Positions 10,249 through 24,000 of a DNA stretch of 64,000 bases are shown here, in pieces (the stretch's first letter is position 1; each line of letters starts with the position of its first letter). The DNA is taken from positions 4,340,001 to 4,404,000 of the forward strand of contig CM068771.1 in the NCBI GenBank assembly GCA_035084275.1, given 5' to 3'. The stretch is from Hydrolagus colliei. Its lineage: Eukaryota. The notes beneath the pieces were generated by a model, which saw only the letters and a program-made list of their open reading frames with translations, made no database searches and had not been told where the DNA came from. The translations under genes were made by a program, and so were the position numbers.

Positions 10249-13200
10249 ATGGCCGGCAGGGAGCAGGACCAGAGCTTAGCGGAGGATCTCACTTGTTCCA
10301 TTTGCCTGGATTTTTTCCGCAGCCCGGTTTACCTGGTGTGCGGCCACAACTTCTGCCGCTCGTGTATCGCGGGATTCTGGGAGAGGCAGGAGGCGTGCTC
10401 CTGCCCGGAGTGCCGTCAGGCATGCGCGGGAAGCGAGCTGAAGCCCAACCGGGCCCTGGCCAGCATGGCGGAGAAGGCTCGCAACCTGAGCCTGGACCCC
10501 AAACGGGCGGAGAGGAAGCATTACTGCGATGACCATCAGGAAGAGCTGAAGCTGTTCTGCGAAACGGACCAGAAACTGATCTGCGTGATGTGTCTCCTTT
10601 ATCCCGAGGAAGAGAATCACAAATCGCACAGCGTCATGCCGATAGACAAAGCCGCCGAGATCTACAAGGTAAACAGAGGGGCGGATTCTGTGTGGAGGAC
10701 AGGGTTTCTAACCCCTGCCCCCCCCCCACCCCCCCCTGGCTCCGTTATTGTGAAGCTCTCTGAGACGCCGTCCGGCGCGGAGTGAGGGAGGGCGCGATAT
10801 GTACATCGAAGTTGTCGTTGCCGTTGTTGTTAAGAGAATCCAAACCAAGCGGTGATTTGAGATTTACAAAGCGCTTCACAGAATAGACTGTAAAGTGAAG
10901 TGACTGTATATATATTTGTGGGCGAAACGCGGCAGCCGATTGCGCACGGCAGCGTCCCCCCCCACGAACGGTTGTGGATTGAAAATGACTAATTTTTATC
11001 ATTTTTTTTGGACAGATTATTATTAGGTCTGTGTGTGGAGTAAGGAAACTTGCGCAGTTATTTTGGGAGGATAAGTTTGCACGGCTTTGAGGGATAACAT
11101 GGGGAGTGGGATTTATTTGGATAGCTCTTTTAAAAGAACCAGCATTGGTTACATTAAGTTTCATTACATTTGTCCAAATGGCCTCTTTCAATGCAAGTTG
11201 CTGTTGTATGATTCGATGACGTGGTATCCACACATGGAATATTTCCCTGTGTCTTTAGAGGGATGCTCTCTGTCTACAAATCTGTTGAGTATTTGGCAGA
11301 GGTCAACAAGAGCCAAGACTTGTGTATCCCAGAGTATGCCTGCTCCACGTCCCCCGAACCACCCGCCCAACCATTGGCAGACGAGCCTTCAGCCATTCTG
11401 CCCCAACCTCTGGAGCTCCATCCCCCAAACCCCGCCGCCTCGCCTCCTCCCCGGCCTCCTTCAAATTTCGCCTCAAGACTCTTCTCTTCGATCGGACTCA
11501 TCTGCAACTCCTTAACTCCCCACTTCCATCCCCAACTCTTCCACTGTCCTCAGCTCGGGTCTGAAGCAGTAATTGTCCAGCGCCTTCGGACGTCCTCCTG
11601 ACGTGAAAGGCCCTATAAACTGCAATTTTCTTTTTGTTGCTGTTATATGTCAGGGTATTACTGAAGTTAAATCAGCTAAATGGCATAGCTGGCCATTGAG
11701 AGGACTGTCTAACAGGCTTCCTGATGTGTGTCCTTTTGGTTTACACTGACTTTGTTAACAACGTGATTGTTTGGATTGCAGGAGAAACTGAAATCATCTT
11801 TCAATTTGGTCCTGAAGAGAAAGGACGCTGTTCTCTGTGCGGAATTTGGGCAAAAGGAAACGTTTTCTGCCCTGAAAGTAAGTTCTTGTGTGATAGGAGT
11901 CAGCCTGCACTCTCACCTCTGTCCCTGGAGTTAGTGGATCCATTCCCACTATGGCGTGTTTCTCTCCTTACCACGTGATGTCTGAGCTCAGTTGTATCTC
12001 TCTCTTCACCTTGTGATAACTAGTCTCTCGGTCTTGACTCTCTCTCTACCTTATTCGGAGCTCCAGTAGCTCAGTGGTTAGAGCACTCGCCTTACAAGCG
12101 TGAGACCTGTGTTCAAATCCAAGGAGGTAGGTCAGTGCGAAACCTTGGGCAAGTTTCCATACTCCACACACATACCTAATAATAATCCCTCAAAAAAAAA
12201 CTCTCAATAAAAATTGGTTATTTCAATTCAAGACTGTTTGTGGGACACTGCAATTGGCTGCCAGGTTTCACCCACAAGTATGCAGTCAATTAACTTTACA
12301 GCATATTCTGTGAAGCGCTTTGAGACGTGAAAAGTGCTAATAACACAAGATTTATTATTATTATGATGATGGGGCTCTCGGTCGGGTCACTTGTATACAA
12401 TATGAAGTCTTGGCTATTCGGGTGACGTCTGGGCTCAGCCATGTGTCTCTCTCTCTTTACCGAGCTTGTCGTGATGTCTGATGCCTCTTTTTTGCAGAAA
12501 CAGGCGAGCAGTCTGCAAATCGGTGTCGTGGCTGAGTTCGCTGAAATGCGCCAGAGCCTCAACGAGAAAGAAACGAGTGTGATGCGGGAGCTCAGAGAGC
12601 GCGAGGCGGAGATGTTACGCCAAATGGAGGAAGCTCTCACGGGGTTTGCGGCGGAGTTGAAAACCATTGACCACGAATTGGCAACGTTGCAGAGGCAAAT
12701 AGACGAACAGGACTTGGGGTCCTTTCTGAGGGTAAGAAAATAGACTGTATTTACGTATCCGATTGCGGCTGGAATCTTTTAAACATCCATCAAAACCAGT
12801 GGTTCCCATCTTCGGGTCCCAACCCAAATCAGGGTTGGGTGGGGGGGGTCCTCAGTTGGGTCACGAAGGGTCATCGGAATTTTTTTGTCGTTGCCTTTTT
12901 TTTATGTTGAAAATGCTTTTTTTTAAAGCTTAAAGCCCGAGGCGACACCCGCTGACCAATTTGTGTGAAAGACCGTACTTACGAGTTCCGCTGAGGCCAC
13001 AAAAGAGACGTTTTGGCTGAGCTTCGCTTCGGTCGCCCCCTAAGGGTGGGAGGACCTGTTGGAGGCTAATTTGGGCCGCAGCAAAAAAAATGGTTGGCAA
13101 CCACCGGTCTAAACAAATGCACACAACACTTGGGTTGACGATTCATCCAAAAGGACGGCAACAAAAACAACAATTACACTGGTGTAGCTCCTTTCATGTC

Positions 13201-15210
13201 AAGAGGACGTCCTAAGGCGCTGACAATAACCACAACCTGCAGTTATACAGCGCCTTCCAAGCCGTGAGGCGTCTCGCAGCGCTTAACAATGTCGGAAACC
13301 GGACCGGAGGTGTTCGATTAGGGTGTGGAGGGAGAGCTGTGTGCGAAGTTGGTTGGCAACAATGAATTCTAGGACTAAGGAAAGGAAGGGCAGGTTTGAG
13401 ATCGGTGGTAGTGGCCGTGGTTAGAGGGATTGATGGGAGGTTTTTTGTTAGGGAAGGCACCTTTGGCAAGGCCTACCCCCCCCCCCCCCCACTCCCCGCT
13501 AGGATCTCCAAAGCTTAGCCCTTACATTCGCCTGCAAAACACACAGTCACTACAGTTCGTGGACAATCCTGTGATGTGCTTTGAGATGTCCTCCTGAAGT
13601 GAAAGGTTCTGTACCAAAGGCAAAACTCCTTCTTTGGCACAGGTTGACAGGAACCAAGTCTTGTCAAGGCTCCCTGAGCTAGTCACCGTGTGGAGGTCAC
13701 CTGGGGGTGACCACAGGCTGGGGGTCACCTGGCTGTCAACTCTGACCTCTCTTATTTGTTCCGTTTCAGGAGGAAGCTTCTCGGAAGAGCAGGTCTGACG
13801 TTCTCTCCATACAAACTGTTTCACTCATTAATGTCAAAGCAGCAACCGCGAGATGTTCATGTGAATCTGTCGGAGAGGATCCACTCTGCGACCTCTCCCT
13901 TTTCCACTGCCATTCCCTCCCCACATCCCCTTCTGGCCCCCACGTATCCCTCCCTCACTTTTAATGCCCTCTGAAGATCTTGATCCTCCTTACTTCTGTG
14001 ACCTATTAACACTCTGGGGATCTGTCCGCTCCCTCCACTCTTGCGAGCTGTGGCCTGCTCCGTGTCCACCGCCCCTGGGCACCCCACCATTAGCGGTCGG
14101 GCTTCCAGCTATTCTGCCCCACCTTCTGGAACTCCCAATCCAGATCTCCACTCGCCTCCCCTCACCTTCTTTAAGGCCCATCTCAAGAACTTCATATTTG
14201 ACTGCGCCTTTGGCCACTGTCCCACCTCCTCCTTCCGCCCTCTTGATTCCGACCACCGGCTTGTGTGAAAAAGCCTTGACTGTCCAGCTCCTTGGAACAG
14301 GTTTGTGACGCGAAAGGCGCTGCGGGTAAATGTAATTTTGTCGCCGTTGTCTTTGTCATGTTCGCAGTGTCAGTGAAAACTGGATCGAGCCATTAACGGT
14401 ACAAGGGGATCTGACTCTGGCCATTCCCAAAGAGCTCACATTGTGGAGAGAAATTATCTACAAGATCAGCCTTGGTAAGCAATGCTGCCTTATTCCTCAA
14501 TAAGCCCTCACTGTGTGGTAGATATGTCCTTGCCAGACTTCACCGGCTCCCTGTCCCGGAGAGGATCGCTTTCAAGATCCTCACTCTTGTTTTCAACCAA
14601 TCTCTTGGCAGACAAAGCAGTCGCTCACTATGTTATTTCTCTCTCAGCTCCGGCCTCTCTGACTCTGGATCCTGATACAGCCCATCCCTGCCTCGTGCTG
14701 TCTGAGGACCTGACCAGCGTGAGATTCAGGGGTAAAAATGAGAAGCAGCTCCTTGACACCCAGAAGAGGTTCAGTTACTATCCCATTGTCCTGGGATCTG
14801 AGGGCTTCACATCAGGGAGACATTACTGGGAGGTGCAGGTGGGGAACAAGACTGAGTGGATTGTGGGAGTGACCAGAGAGTCTGTCAACAGGAAGCAAAA
14901 AATCAAATGGTCACCAGAGGGCGGGGTCTGGACTGTGCGTCTATGGTGTGGCGATTATCAGGCTCTGACGTCACCCCCCACCCCCCTGCCCCTGACAGTG
15001 AGACCCAGGAAGATCCGAGTTTACCTGGACTATGAGGGGGGACAGGTGTCATTTTACAACGCTGACAATATGTCTCATCTCCACACCTTCACCCAAACTT
15101 TCACTGGGAAACTTTATCCGCTCTTCTGTCCCTGGTATAATAACGATGGGGAAAACTCTGAGCCGCTGACTATCTGCTGGTCACAGGTTAATCCAGTCTC
15201 TGACCCCTGA
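10249..15210 (+). CDS. TRIM-A: RING-Bbox2-coiled coil-B30.2 (PRY/SPRY) E3 ligase, TRIM39/TRIM35/A33-like, 480 aa
   Basis: Exons 10249-10668, 11782-11877, 12498-12731, 13770-13792, 14368-14474, 14648-15210 (420+96+234+23+107+563=1443 nt, all GT-AG, in frame). C3HC4 RING CSIC..CGHNFC..C..CPEC, B-box [18 protein letters not shown] and GRHYWEV motifs. Confidence 0.93.
11330..11640 (+). mobile_element. L2 LINE 3' fragment
   Basis: Encodes [21 protein letters not shown], the L2 ORF2 C-terminus, followed by the GTGAAAGG tail. Confidence 0.75.
12057..12365 (+). mobile_element. tRNA(Val-like)-derived Deu-domain SINE
   Basis: A-box TAGCTCAGTGG, B-box GTTCAAATCC, core CAATTGGCTGCC, tail GTGAAGCGCTTTGAGACG..(ATT)n; about 20 related copies or fragments in the window. 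Confidence 0.85.
12797..13106. mobile_element. hAT (Charlie-like) MITE
   Basis: Termini CAGTGGTTCCC...GGTTGGCAACCACCG; imperfect 8-bp flanks (ATCAAAAC/GTCTAAAC); inverted relative at about 25014-25400. Confidence 0.7.
13960..14340 (+). mobile_element. L2 LINE 3' fragment
   Basis: [13 protein letters not shown]...[14 protein letters not shown] frame and GTGACGCGAAAGGCGC tail. Confidence 0.7.
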
Positions 15211-15239
15211 ATCCGAAAGTAGTGGGTTCAATCCCCCCT

Positions 15240-15480
15240 TCCGCACTGAGTTGAGGAAAAACTTCTTCACTCAGAGGGTGGTGAATTTATGGCGTTCTCT
15301 ACTCCGAAGGGTAAATAAATAAACATATTCAAGACTGAGATTGATAGATTTCTTGTGGATTAAGGGATATGGGGATAAGGCGGAGCTAGAATAGATCAGC
15401 CGTGATTTTATTGAATGGTGGGGCAGGCTGGAGGGGCTGAATGGCCTACTCCTGCTCCTAATTCTTATGTTCTTATGTTC
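15240..15480 (+). mobile_element. CR1 LINE 3' fragment directly downstream of the TRIM-A stop
   Basis: CTTCTTCACTCAGAGGGTGGTGAAT...GGGCTGAATGGCCTACTCCTGCTCCTAATTCTTATG. Confidence 0.8.
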
Positions 15481-15933
15481 ACTGCAAGGATATTAATCTC
15501 AGTGGCTCCAGTGCTCCAAATAAGATTGGCCATTTCCTTCATGGCCCTTTGTGGGACATGGAAGTGCTTTGGATTGACCTCCTGACAAGAAAGCTCTTTA
15601 CAAATGTAAATCGTATGACAATACTTCTAATAATAAACTTTACATTTACAATAGAGTCTTTCAAGATAAGAATAATATGAATAATAATCCTTGCATTTGA
15701 TATAGCGCTTTTCATGTCTTCTAGATGTCTCCATGCGCTTCACAGAATATACTATGATGTGAATTGACTGTATATTTGTGGGCGAAACGCGGCAGCCAAT
15801 TGCGCACAGCAGCATGGATTGAAATGACCAATTTTTTCACTTTATAGCAGTTTAACACAGAGCCAATTCTCTGGATCCTCTCTGAGACGCTTTGAAGTGT
15901 TTCGACCAATTAATATGGGACAAGGTCTTTTGT

Positions 15934-16241
15934 GGAGTCCTGTAGCTCAGTGGTTAGAGTACTCGCCTTACACACGAGAGACCCGAATTCGATTCCAAGC
16001 AGAACAAAACCGTGGGTAAAATTTCTTACTCCGCATGTCTGAGAATAATCCCTCAAGAAAAACAATAATAAATTTGTCATTTAAATTCACGACTGTATGC
16101 GGGACACTGCTAATTGTCTCCCGCGTTTTGCCCACAAATATACAGTCAATTCACCTTACAGTCAATTCTGTGAAGCGCTTTGAGACGTCGAGAAGACGTG
16201 AAAAGTGCTGTATGAAATGCAAGGATTATTATTATTATTAT
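15934..16241 (+). mobile_element. tRNA-derived Deu-domain SINE
   Basis: Full head, body and tail matching the 12057 copy. Confidence 0.85.
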
Positions 16242-16797
16242 CAAGTCACCAACTTTTGGGAGAATCATATTATTCTTTTATTAATGGAGTTCCTGCTCAC
16301 TATGCAATATATATATATGTATATATATATTTATCCTGCCCTGACCCCTATCCACTGCTCTTGTCCCTACCTGATTGTCCCTACCTTGGGACTTCCTCTC
16401 GACGTGAAAGGCGCTATATAAACGTAAGTCTTGACTGATTGATTTTTCCTTGATTCATATAATACAGTGTATATTTTATTCATATTGACTATATTGTCTT
16501 TATATCATAATCTCTTACCAGTGTGTGTGGTGGGGTGTGGGGTGGGTGGGGTGGGGAGGTGTAGTTGTCACGGGGCTTCTCTCTACCACGCTTTTCTGCT
16601 CCTCGGTGCCTTGTCACTCCTCGAATCCTCCTCCCCCCTCCATCCACCTCTCCACACATGTGCATCTTCCTGGTCCCATTGGGTCAAGGGAGCTGGTTCT
16701 ATAATAATGATAATCTTTGCAAAACACAAAATACTACAGACGCTGGGAATCTGAAACAAAAATAGAAGTTGCTGGGGAAACGCAGCAGGTTGGGCAG

Positions 16798-17220
16798 TGT
16801 CGTGGAATAACTCACAAGTAGTACAAATTCCTTTAACCAATATAGCCAATTACAATTATAGAGAGTTGAACTCTATTTACACTAGCCATGGGGTGCAAAA
16901 GGGCAGCCCCTGTTAAAGCAGAACTAGACAACCACAAGTTGCTAACTGATAGATCGCAATTTTCAAAGAAAGAAGTAAATCGTCTTTAATGATCAGGCAG
17001 ATACTGAAGCAATCGATTACCAAATGCAATAATAAGCAGTGAATGTCTAATCTAAACAAGCACAAGCCTTTCTCCCTTCTTCGGTCTGGACTATGTCATA
17101 CAACTGACGTTTGCTGATAGCCCTACTGACCTCTGGGATTTCTAAGGGAGACTAAGAAACAGCTAACAATGTCCAGGGGAAACTGAGAAACAGCTGACAT
17201 GGTTTCCAACTTTTAACGTG
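16798..17220 (-). mobile_element. Solo LTR, internally deleted copy
   Basis: Starts TGTCGTGGAATAACTCACAA and is homologous to 23818-24426; flanked by a GCAG duplication inside another short repeat. Confidence 0.7.
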
Positions 17221-18507
17221 GCAGCATCCATGGAGAAAGGAAAACGAGTCAACGTTTCGGATATGCAACCCTTCGTTTGTGTTTGATGTAGCACTTTTCA
17301 CACCTCAAAGCTCTTCACAGGACACACTGTATATTGAATTGACTGTATGTATATTCGTGGGCGAAACACGGCAGCCAACCGCGCACGGCAGTGACCCACA
17401 AACATTTTCGTTTCATTTTCGAGACGACAATGGTGAGGGCAGAGGGAGAGATATGGTCGGAGGTTATATAGAGGGGGTGGGGGGAATGGGTCCATGGGGG
17501 AGAGATTATGAGGGGGTAGAGCAGACGTGGCAGAGGTGGGATCAATAAAATAGTTGGGGGGTGAAGTCTGGCCGTCCTTGGGACGTCCTCCCGACGTGAA
17601 AGGCGCCCTATAAATGTAATTTGTTGTTGTTGTTGTTGTTGTTGGCACCAGAGGCCTCCGGCTCTTCGTCACATGGGAAAATAACTGATCAGGAGAAGGA
17701 TAACGTAGACCCTTAATTGGGAGGATTCACGTTTCTTAATCTTGAGCTAATCAGATGTCCAGGATTGCGATTCTCTTGTTTTCACATCTGCGTTTAGAGG
17801 CATGATTACTCAATTCCTAGATGGGAGACTTCAATATTACGCCCACAAACATACAGTCGGTTTTCCCGCTCTCCCTCCCCCCCCTACCCCCTCCCTTTAC
17901 CCTCTTTCCTCCCTTTATTATATTATATATTATATAAATATATATATTCATTATATTATATAATAAATATATATTATATAATTATATATATTATATATAT
18001 GTGTAATTATTATTAATATAAGACCCAGGTGGGGTCATGCTACATAAAACAGGTTATCAGTGTTTGACTATATTTTAAAAGCCCACTAATTAAAAATCTT
18101 AAAAACCGTGAGCTTCAAAAATATAATCTTAAAGAGTATACACACTGGGACACATTGTCACACACACATTTTAAACAATGAGACACACAGTGTGAACACA
18201 CTGTACATTCAGAGTCACACGTACTTACACTCGGTTACATTGTACACACATTCTTACACAGTCACACAACAAACATAGGCACGCACACACGCGTGTGCAC
18301 TGTACACACAGTCTCGCTCTCTGTCACACTGTGCACACGTCACACACACACAGACAAGGTGTCACATACTACACGCTGAAACACACACACACACACACAA
18401 TGTTCACTGAGACACACTCACACTTACAATGTACTGAGACACTCGTCAAACACGCTCTATCACACGCACAAAATGTACACATATTTACAGACACACGCAC
18501 ACACATA

Positions 18508-19270
18508 CCGTAAATACCCGCTTATAAGGCGCACTCCCGTATAAGGCGCACCCCCCACTTTTGACCTTGGTGAAAAAAAACATTTTCGATGATATTGCCG
18601 GCAGAAGGGAGGAGAGACAGGTAGGTAGGGAGAGAGGCAGGCGGGGAGGGAGGGAGGCAGGCAGGGAGGGAGAGAGGGAGGCAGGCAGCTAGGCAGGGAG
18701 AGAGGGAGGCAGGCAGGCAGGAAGGGAGGTAGGCAGGCAGGCAGAGAGGGAGGCAGGCAGGGAGGGAGAGAGGGAGGCAGGCAGGGAGGGAGAGAGGGAG
18801 GCAGGAAGGGAGGCAGGCAGAGAGGGAGGCAGGCAGGGAGGGAGAGAGGGAGGCAGGCAGGAAGNNNNNNNNNNNNNNNNNNNNNNNNNNNNNNNNNNNN
18901 NNNNNNNNNNNNNNNNNNNNNNNNNNNNNNNNNNNNNNNNNNNNNNNNNNNNNNNNNNNNNNNNNNNNNNNNNNNNNNNNNNNNNNNNNNNNNNGGAGGC
19001 AGACTGGGTTCGGCAGAAGGTAAGCACAGCACTGAAGTCCGCTGCTGCTGCCGCTGCCCGGGCGGCCGAGGCCGAAGCCCCGTCACCCGCTCTCCCCCCA
19101 ACCCCCGCCGGACACTGACCAAACCCCGGCTGACAGCGCGCCGGCCGCCCCTCCTGTTTACTGTATTTCCGAGGCTCAAAATGTCTTGTTCCTGCGTATA
19201 GGGCGCACCCCCAACTTTCGAGATCTTCCCACGTGAAAAAAAAGTGCGCCTTTTACGTGGGTATTTACGG
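18508..19270. mobile_element. pogo/Tc1-mariner-type MITE with an internal (GGCA/GGGA)n microsatellite and N gap
   Basis: TIRs CCGTAAATACCCGCTTATAAGGCGCAC and revcomp CCGTAAATACCCACGTAAAAGGCGCAC, with TA on both sides (18506-07, 19271-72). Confidence 0.85.
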
Positions 19271-19713
19271 TACTCTCTCTGTCTGTGTACACACACAAGG
19301 AGACCAGATGAAGGGAAGGAAGCTCTCAGACACCGAGGATACACAGGATATAATGCGTCACAAACCACGAAGGTCAAAGGTTGCTCGTCTCGAGGATTTA
19401 GTGCCAGATAGAAGTCTGAGGAGCTACTGCCAACACTCACGATGAAAATCACCAGATTGTTCCCTCACAAGGGACTGCTTGTGTGTGTTTATAACGTTAT
19501 TCCCACAGAAAACACAAGCAGGATGTGAAGTTCCTGGACGCAAGTTTCGTTTACGGTACTTTCGATGAAGGAGAATATAGTTTTCCCAACGCAAAACCTA
19601 AACAGGTCAGTGTCAGTCATTTAAAAAAAAAATTGAACTTTATTCCAGTTCAAACAATTCACTGGTTTCAATTGCACATCGGTGATGTAGAGTTTTAAAC
19701 GTGAAATCGTTTG

Positions 19714-20064
19714 GGAGCTCCTGTGGCTCAGTGGTTAGAGCCACTCACTCGCTTTACATGCGTGAGAGACCTGTGTTCGAATCCAGGCACGTCAGGGCAA
19801 AACCTTGGGCAAGTTTCCTTACTCCACACACACACACACACACGCTTAATAATAATCTGTCCAAAAAAAACCACAATAATAAAATTGGTAATTTCAATCC
19901 ATGGCTGTTTGTGGGGGACACTGCTGTGTGTGCAATTGGCTGCCGCGTTTCGCCCACAACTATACAGTCAATTCACTTTATAGTATATTCTGTGAAGCGC
20001 TTTGAGACGCCGATAAGATGTGAAAAGCGCGATATCAAATGATTATTACTATTATATATTATTA
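19714..20064 (+). mobile_element. tRNA-derived Deu-domain SINE
   Basis: Full-length head, core and tail. Confidence 0.85.
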
Positions 20065-20499
20065 TGTGTGTGCATTAATGCAAAGTAATTTAAATGTTAC
20101 ATTTGGTATAGTGCCTTGTCATGCCTTTGAGACATCTCAAAGAGCTTCACAGAATATATTGTAAGATTTTGGATGTCCCCGCGGTTCGAAAGGAGCTGTA
20201 CAAATGTGATTTTGTTGTTGTTGGAAAGGGAATTGACTTGTCTATTTTGTGGACAAAATTTGGCTGCCTGTTGCACACCACCGTGTCCCACAAGCAGGTA
20301 TGGAATGATTAATCCATTTTTTTTGGAGGGAGTATGACCCCCCAGAAAGCGATCCACCGATCCTTTAACAACTGGGTGCTTACTGCAAGGGAAATAGGCG
20401 TGTGGAGTAAAGAGACTTTTGTCTGCTGTTTCGACCAGCCAGGGAACAGAACCCTGGTCCTCTCACTTGCGAGGCGAGTGCTCTAACCAATAACAAGAA

Positions 20500-20900
20500 C
20501 GAAGACGACTTTGATTTATATCGCGCCCTCCAGGCCGGACGGCGTCTCAGAGCGCTTCACAATAAAGGATCCCGGGCCTGAGCCAGGGGGGGCAGGGGGT
20601 AGAAAGGTGACCGAAGGCGCGGTCGAAAAGAAAGGTCTTCAACCGAGACCTGAAACTAGGAAGAGAGGTGGGGGGGGGGGGGGGGCGGGAGATGAAGGGA
20701 GTGAGGGAGGGAGTTCCAGAGTTCCGGGGCGTAGTGGCTGAAGGCACGGCCGCCGATGGTGGAGCGGAGGATTCGGGGAGGACAAGGAGGAGACCAGAAA
20801 GGGGAGAGAGGAGGTCAGAGAGATAGAGGGGTGGGGGGAGTGCAGAGGGGTGAAGAGACTTGAAAACAAGAGTGAGGATCTTGAAATCGATACACCACAA
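20500..20900 (-). mobile_element. L2 LINE 3' fragment
   Basis: [14 protein letters not shown]...FRSRLKTFLFDRAF frame. Confidence 0.75.
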
Positions 20901-21019
20901 ATTAGCCACAATAAGATCTCGGAAATGTTTATATAATATGCAGTGATGACAAATCTCTGTGTGTAATTATCCGATTTGCTGTTGTAACTAGTTGTGATCT
21001 CATTGTGAAGGTCCTAGAG

Positions 21020-24000
21020 ATGAGCTGGAAACACGGTATTCAGGTCCTATGGCTTGTGCTCCCCCTCTCACTGGCTGGTAAGGAAACACTTTGCATCTGT
21101 TTGATTTCTGTTGGCATTGAATTGCTGGAGGTACAGGGAGAGCTGCTCATGTTAATAATAATAATCCTTGCATTTGACTTTGCCTTATTTCTTTAAATGA
21201 TATTAATCTGGTCACTCAATCCTTTGTGGGACACAAGAGTGTCCAATTATCTGCCGATTTTCGTTCACAAAATACTGTATAGTCAATTCACTGCATTAGT
21301 ATATTCTTTGAGACTTCTCGAAGATGTGATGAGGCTCTGTATCACATGCAACGATTATTATGATTTATTGCGTGTTTGAGACGTCTCGATGTGCTTCAAA
21401 TAATATACTGGGATTTGTTAATGGATTTGTGTATTTTGTGGGCAAATGTTCCAGTAAATTGAGCAGTGAGGTTTAGGTTCCAAGTACATAAATTGCACAT
21501 GTACATACAAATATTTGGAGAATGAGGAGGATAGATATGTGCTAGGTATGAAGGAATATACACGATTACATGCTATATCAAATGCAAGGATTATTATTGT
21601 TAAAAACAGAGGGACTGAATACAAGAGGACAAAGTAGGATTGATGCATTAGTCGAAGACATTGGTTAGAATATTTTTTACTCAGAGGTGAATGTGTAATG
21701 GAGTTCCTCACGATAAATGACTACTGATGCTGGATAGGATTTTAAAAGGAAGTGCAAAAAAATGTATTAAGGAAGTGTGTTACGTACTTTGTATTGGTTC
21801 CTCAAGTTAGCTTACCACAAATTGGATGTGCAACACCCATGAAGCAATAGTCAAGCAATGGTAAAGGGCAGATGGTTCATTTTCACAAGTTGGTCAATCC
21901 GCGACTGTTTTGTGGGGGATGCTGCCGTGCACAATTGGCTGCCGCGTTTCACCCACAAACCTACAGTGAATTCACTTTACAGTGTCTCGTGTGAAGCGCG
22001 TTGAGCTGTCTATAAGATGTGAAAGGCGCTATACCAAATGATGATGAGGATTATTATGATTATTAATATGAGGTAAAGGTGGGCAATGGACAGCCATGAT
22101 CTAATAGAATGGCCATGTAGGCTTGAGGGGCTGAATGGCCTCCTCCTGGTCCTATGTTTCTACATCATTGGAATCTAGTTTTCAGGCTCAGAAAGCAATT
22201 GGTGAAGTTATGGTGCTTCCACGCTATGGAACTCCATCCCGTAATCCCTTGATAAAATCCAGTTCATCCAGAATTCTGCGTCCGCATTCTCACCGCGCCA
22301 AACTCTGCTCCCCCATTACCCCAGACCTTGCCAGACTGCACTGGCTCTCTGTCCCGGAGGGGATCGATTTCAATATCCTCACCCTTGTTTTCAAATCCCT
22401 GCACTCATCTGCACGGGGGGTGCAGATGAGTGGAGGGACTACCTCTCTGATCTCCTCTCTCCTCACAACAGCTCCCGTTGCCTTCGCTCCACCCGGTCTG
22501 GCTGCCACATTTCGCCCAGAAATAAACAGTCAATTCACTTTAAAATATATTTTGTGGAATGCTTTGAGATGTCTCGAAGTGAACAAAAATGCTTTAAGAT
22601 GTCTCGAAGTGCTATATCAAATACAAGGATAATTCTGACGAAGGGTTGTAGACCCGAAACGTTGACTCGCTTTCCTTTCTCCATGGATGCTGCCTGACCT
22701 GCTGAGTTTCCCCAGCAACTTCTGTTTTTGTTACAAGGATAATTCTTATTATTATATCTCACAAGATCCCCCATGACACTTGCCAGTTCATTTGTAGCTG
22801 TAAAAGGGTAACATAATAATAATCCTTGCGTTTGAACTTGCACTTTTTATGTTTTCTAGACGTCTCAAAGTGCTTCACAGAATATACTGTAAAGTGGAGT
22901 GACTGTATATTTGTTGGCGAAACGCGGCAGCCAATTGCGCACAGCAGCGTCAAACAGTCGTGGATTGAAATGACCAATTTTATTATTGTTTTTTTTTGAG
23001 GGATTTCATTCGGCGTGTGTGTGGAGTAAGGAAACTCGCCCCGGGTTTCGTCCTGACCTGCCTGGATTCGAACATAGATCTCACGTTTGTAAGGCGAGTG
23101 CTCTAACCACTGAGCTACAGGAGTTCTGTATTATGTCAGAACTAATTAATATGTCGGTGACTGTATATAGATAGAGTTTGTCTGAGTCAGTGCGACTGAA
23201 AATCCTAACTATGTCCATTGTTTGTTATCAAACAGAGAGATTCGCAGTCAGTGGCCCTGGCCATTCTGTCTCAGCCATTGCTGGCTCGGATGTTGTCCTG
23301 GCCTGTAAGTGTTCCACAGGCCTGCCTCTAGAGGACGTGGAGGTGAGATGGTTCAGGATGAGATATGACTCCCCCGTGCACTTATACAAGGAGGGACGTC
23401 ACCAGCTGGAGAAACAGGATGAAGCCTATAGACACAGAACACAACTGTATGTAAAGGAGTTTATCAACGGCAATGTGTCTCTCAGACTGGCAGATGTGCG
23501 GGGGACAGATAACGGAGAGTACACGTGTTTCATTGAGTACGCCGGGTGGTATGAAGAGGCAGTGATAAAATTGCAGATTCTGGGTAATCAACCTTTACCT
23601 CCTTTTATTTTATGTGACATATTTGTAAATATCCTCGTTATTTTGATCGCTATTTTATGATGACAACGCAATTAATTAGAAGCAGAAAAATTCAATCAAT
23701 CAACCAATCAAAATTACATTTATATAGTGCCTTTCACGTCAGGAAGAATTCCCAAGGCACTGAACAGTCAGGTAGGGACAAGAGCAGTGGGGGATGGGTC
23801 AGGGTAGGGGGAAGGAGTGTCGTGGAATAACTCACAAAGAGATCAGGTTATTCATGTAAAGCACAAACAGTCATTTAATATACTAACGGCCGAAAGGAGA
23901 AATACCCTCACAGGTCAGACACCCGAGTTGGTACTTCTAAGGAACTAACAGAAATACAACAGTTTATATCTTATTCTTTTGCACACCGCGTGACAGTAGT

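Noticed and set aside
12057-12125. SINE heads (also 15934, 19714, 26509, 30725) as tRNA-Val genes
   Set aside because: They have A and B boxes and a TAC loop but run straight into a shared SINE body and tail, lack a 3' acceptor stem and vary between copies.
17404-17419. ISRE-like GAAAATGAAACGAAA (minus strand) upstream of BTN-A
   Set aside because: Sits between repeat fragments 3.6 kb from the ATG with no other promoter evidence; likely chance.
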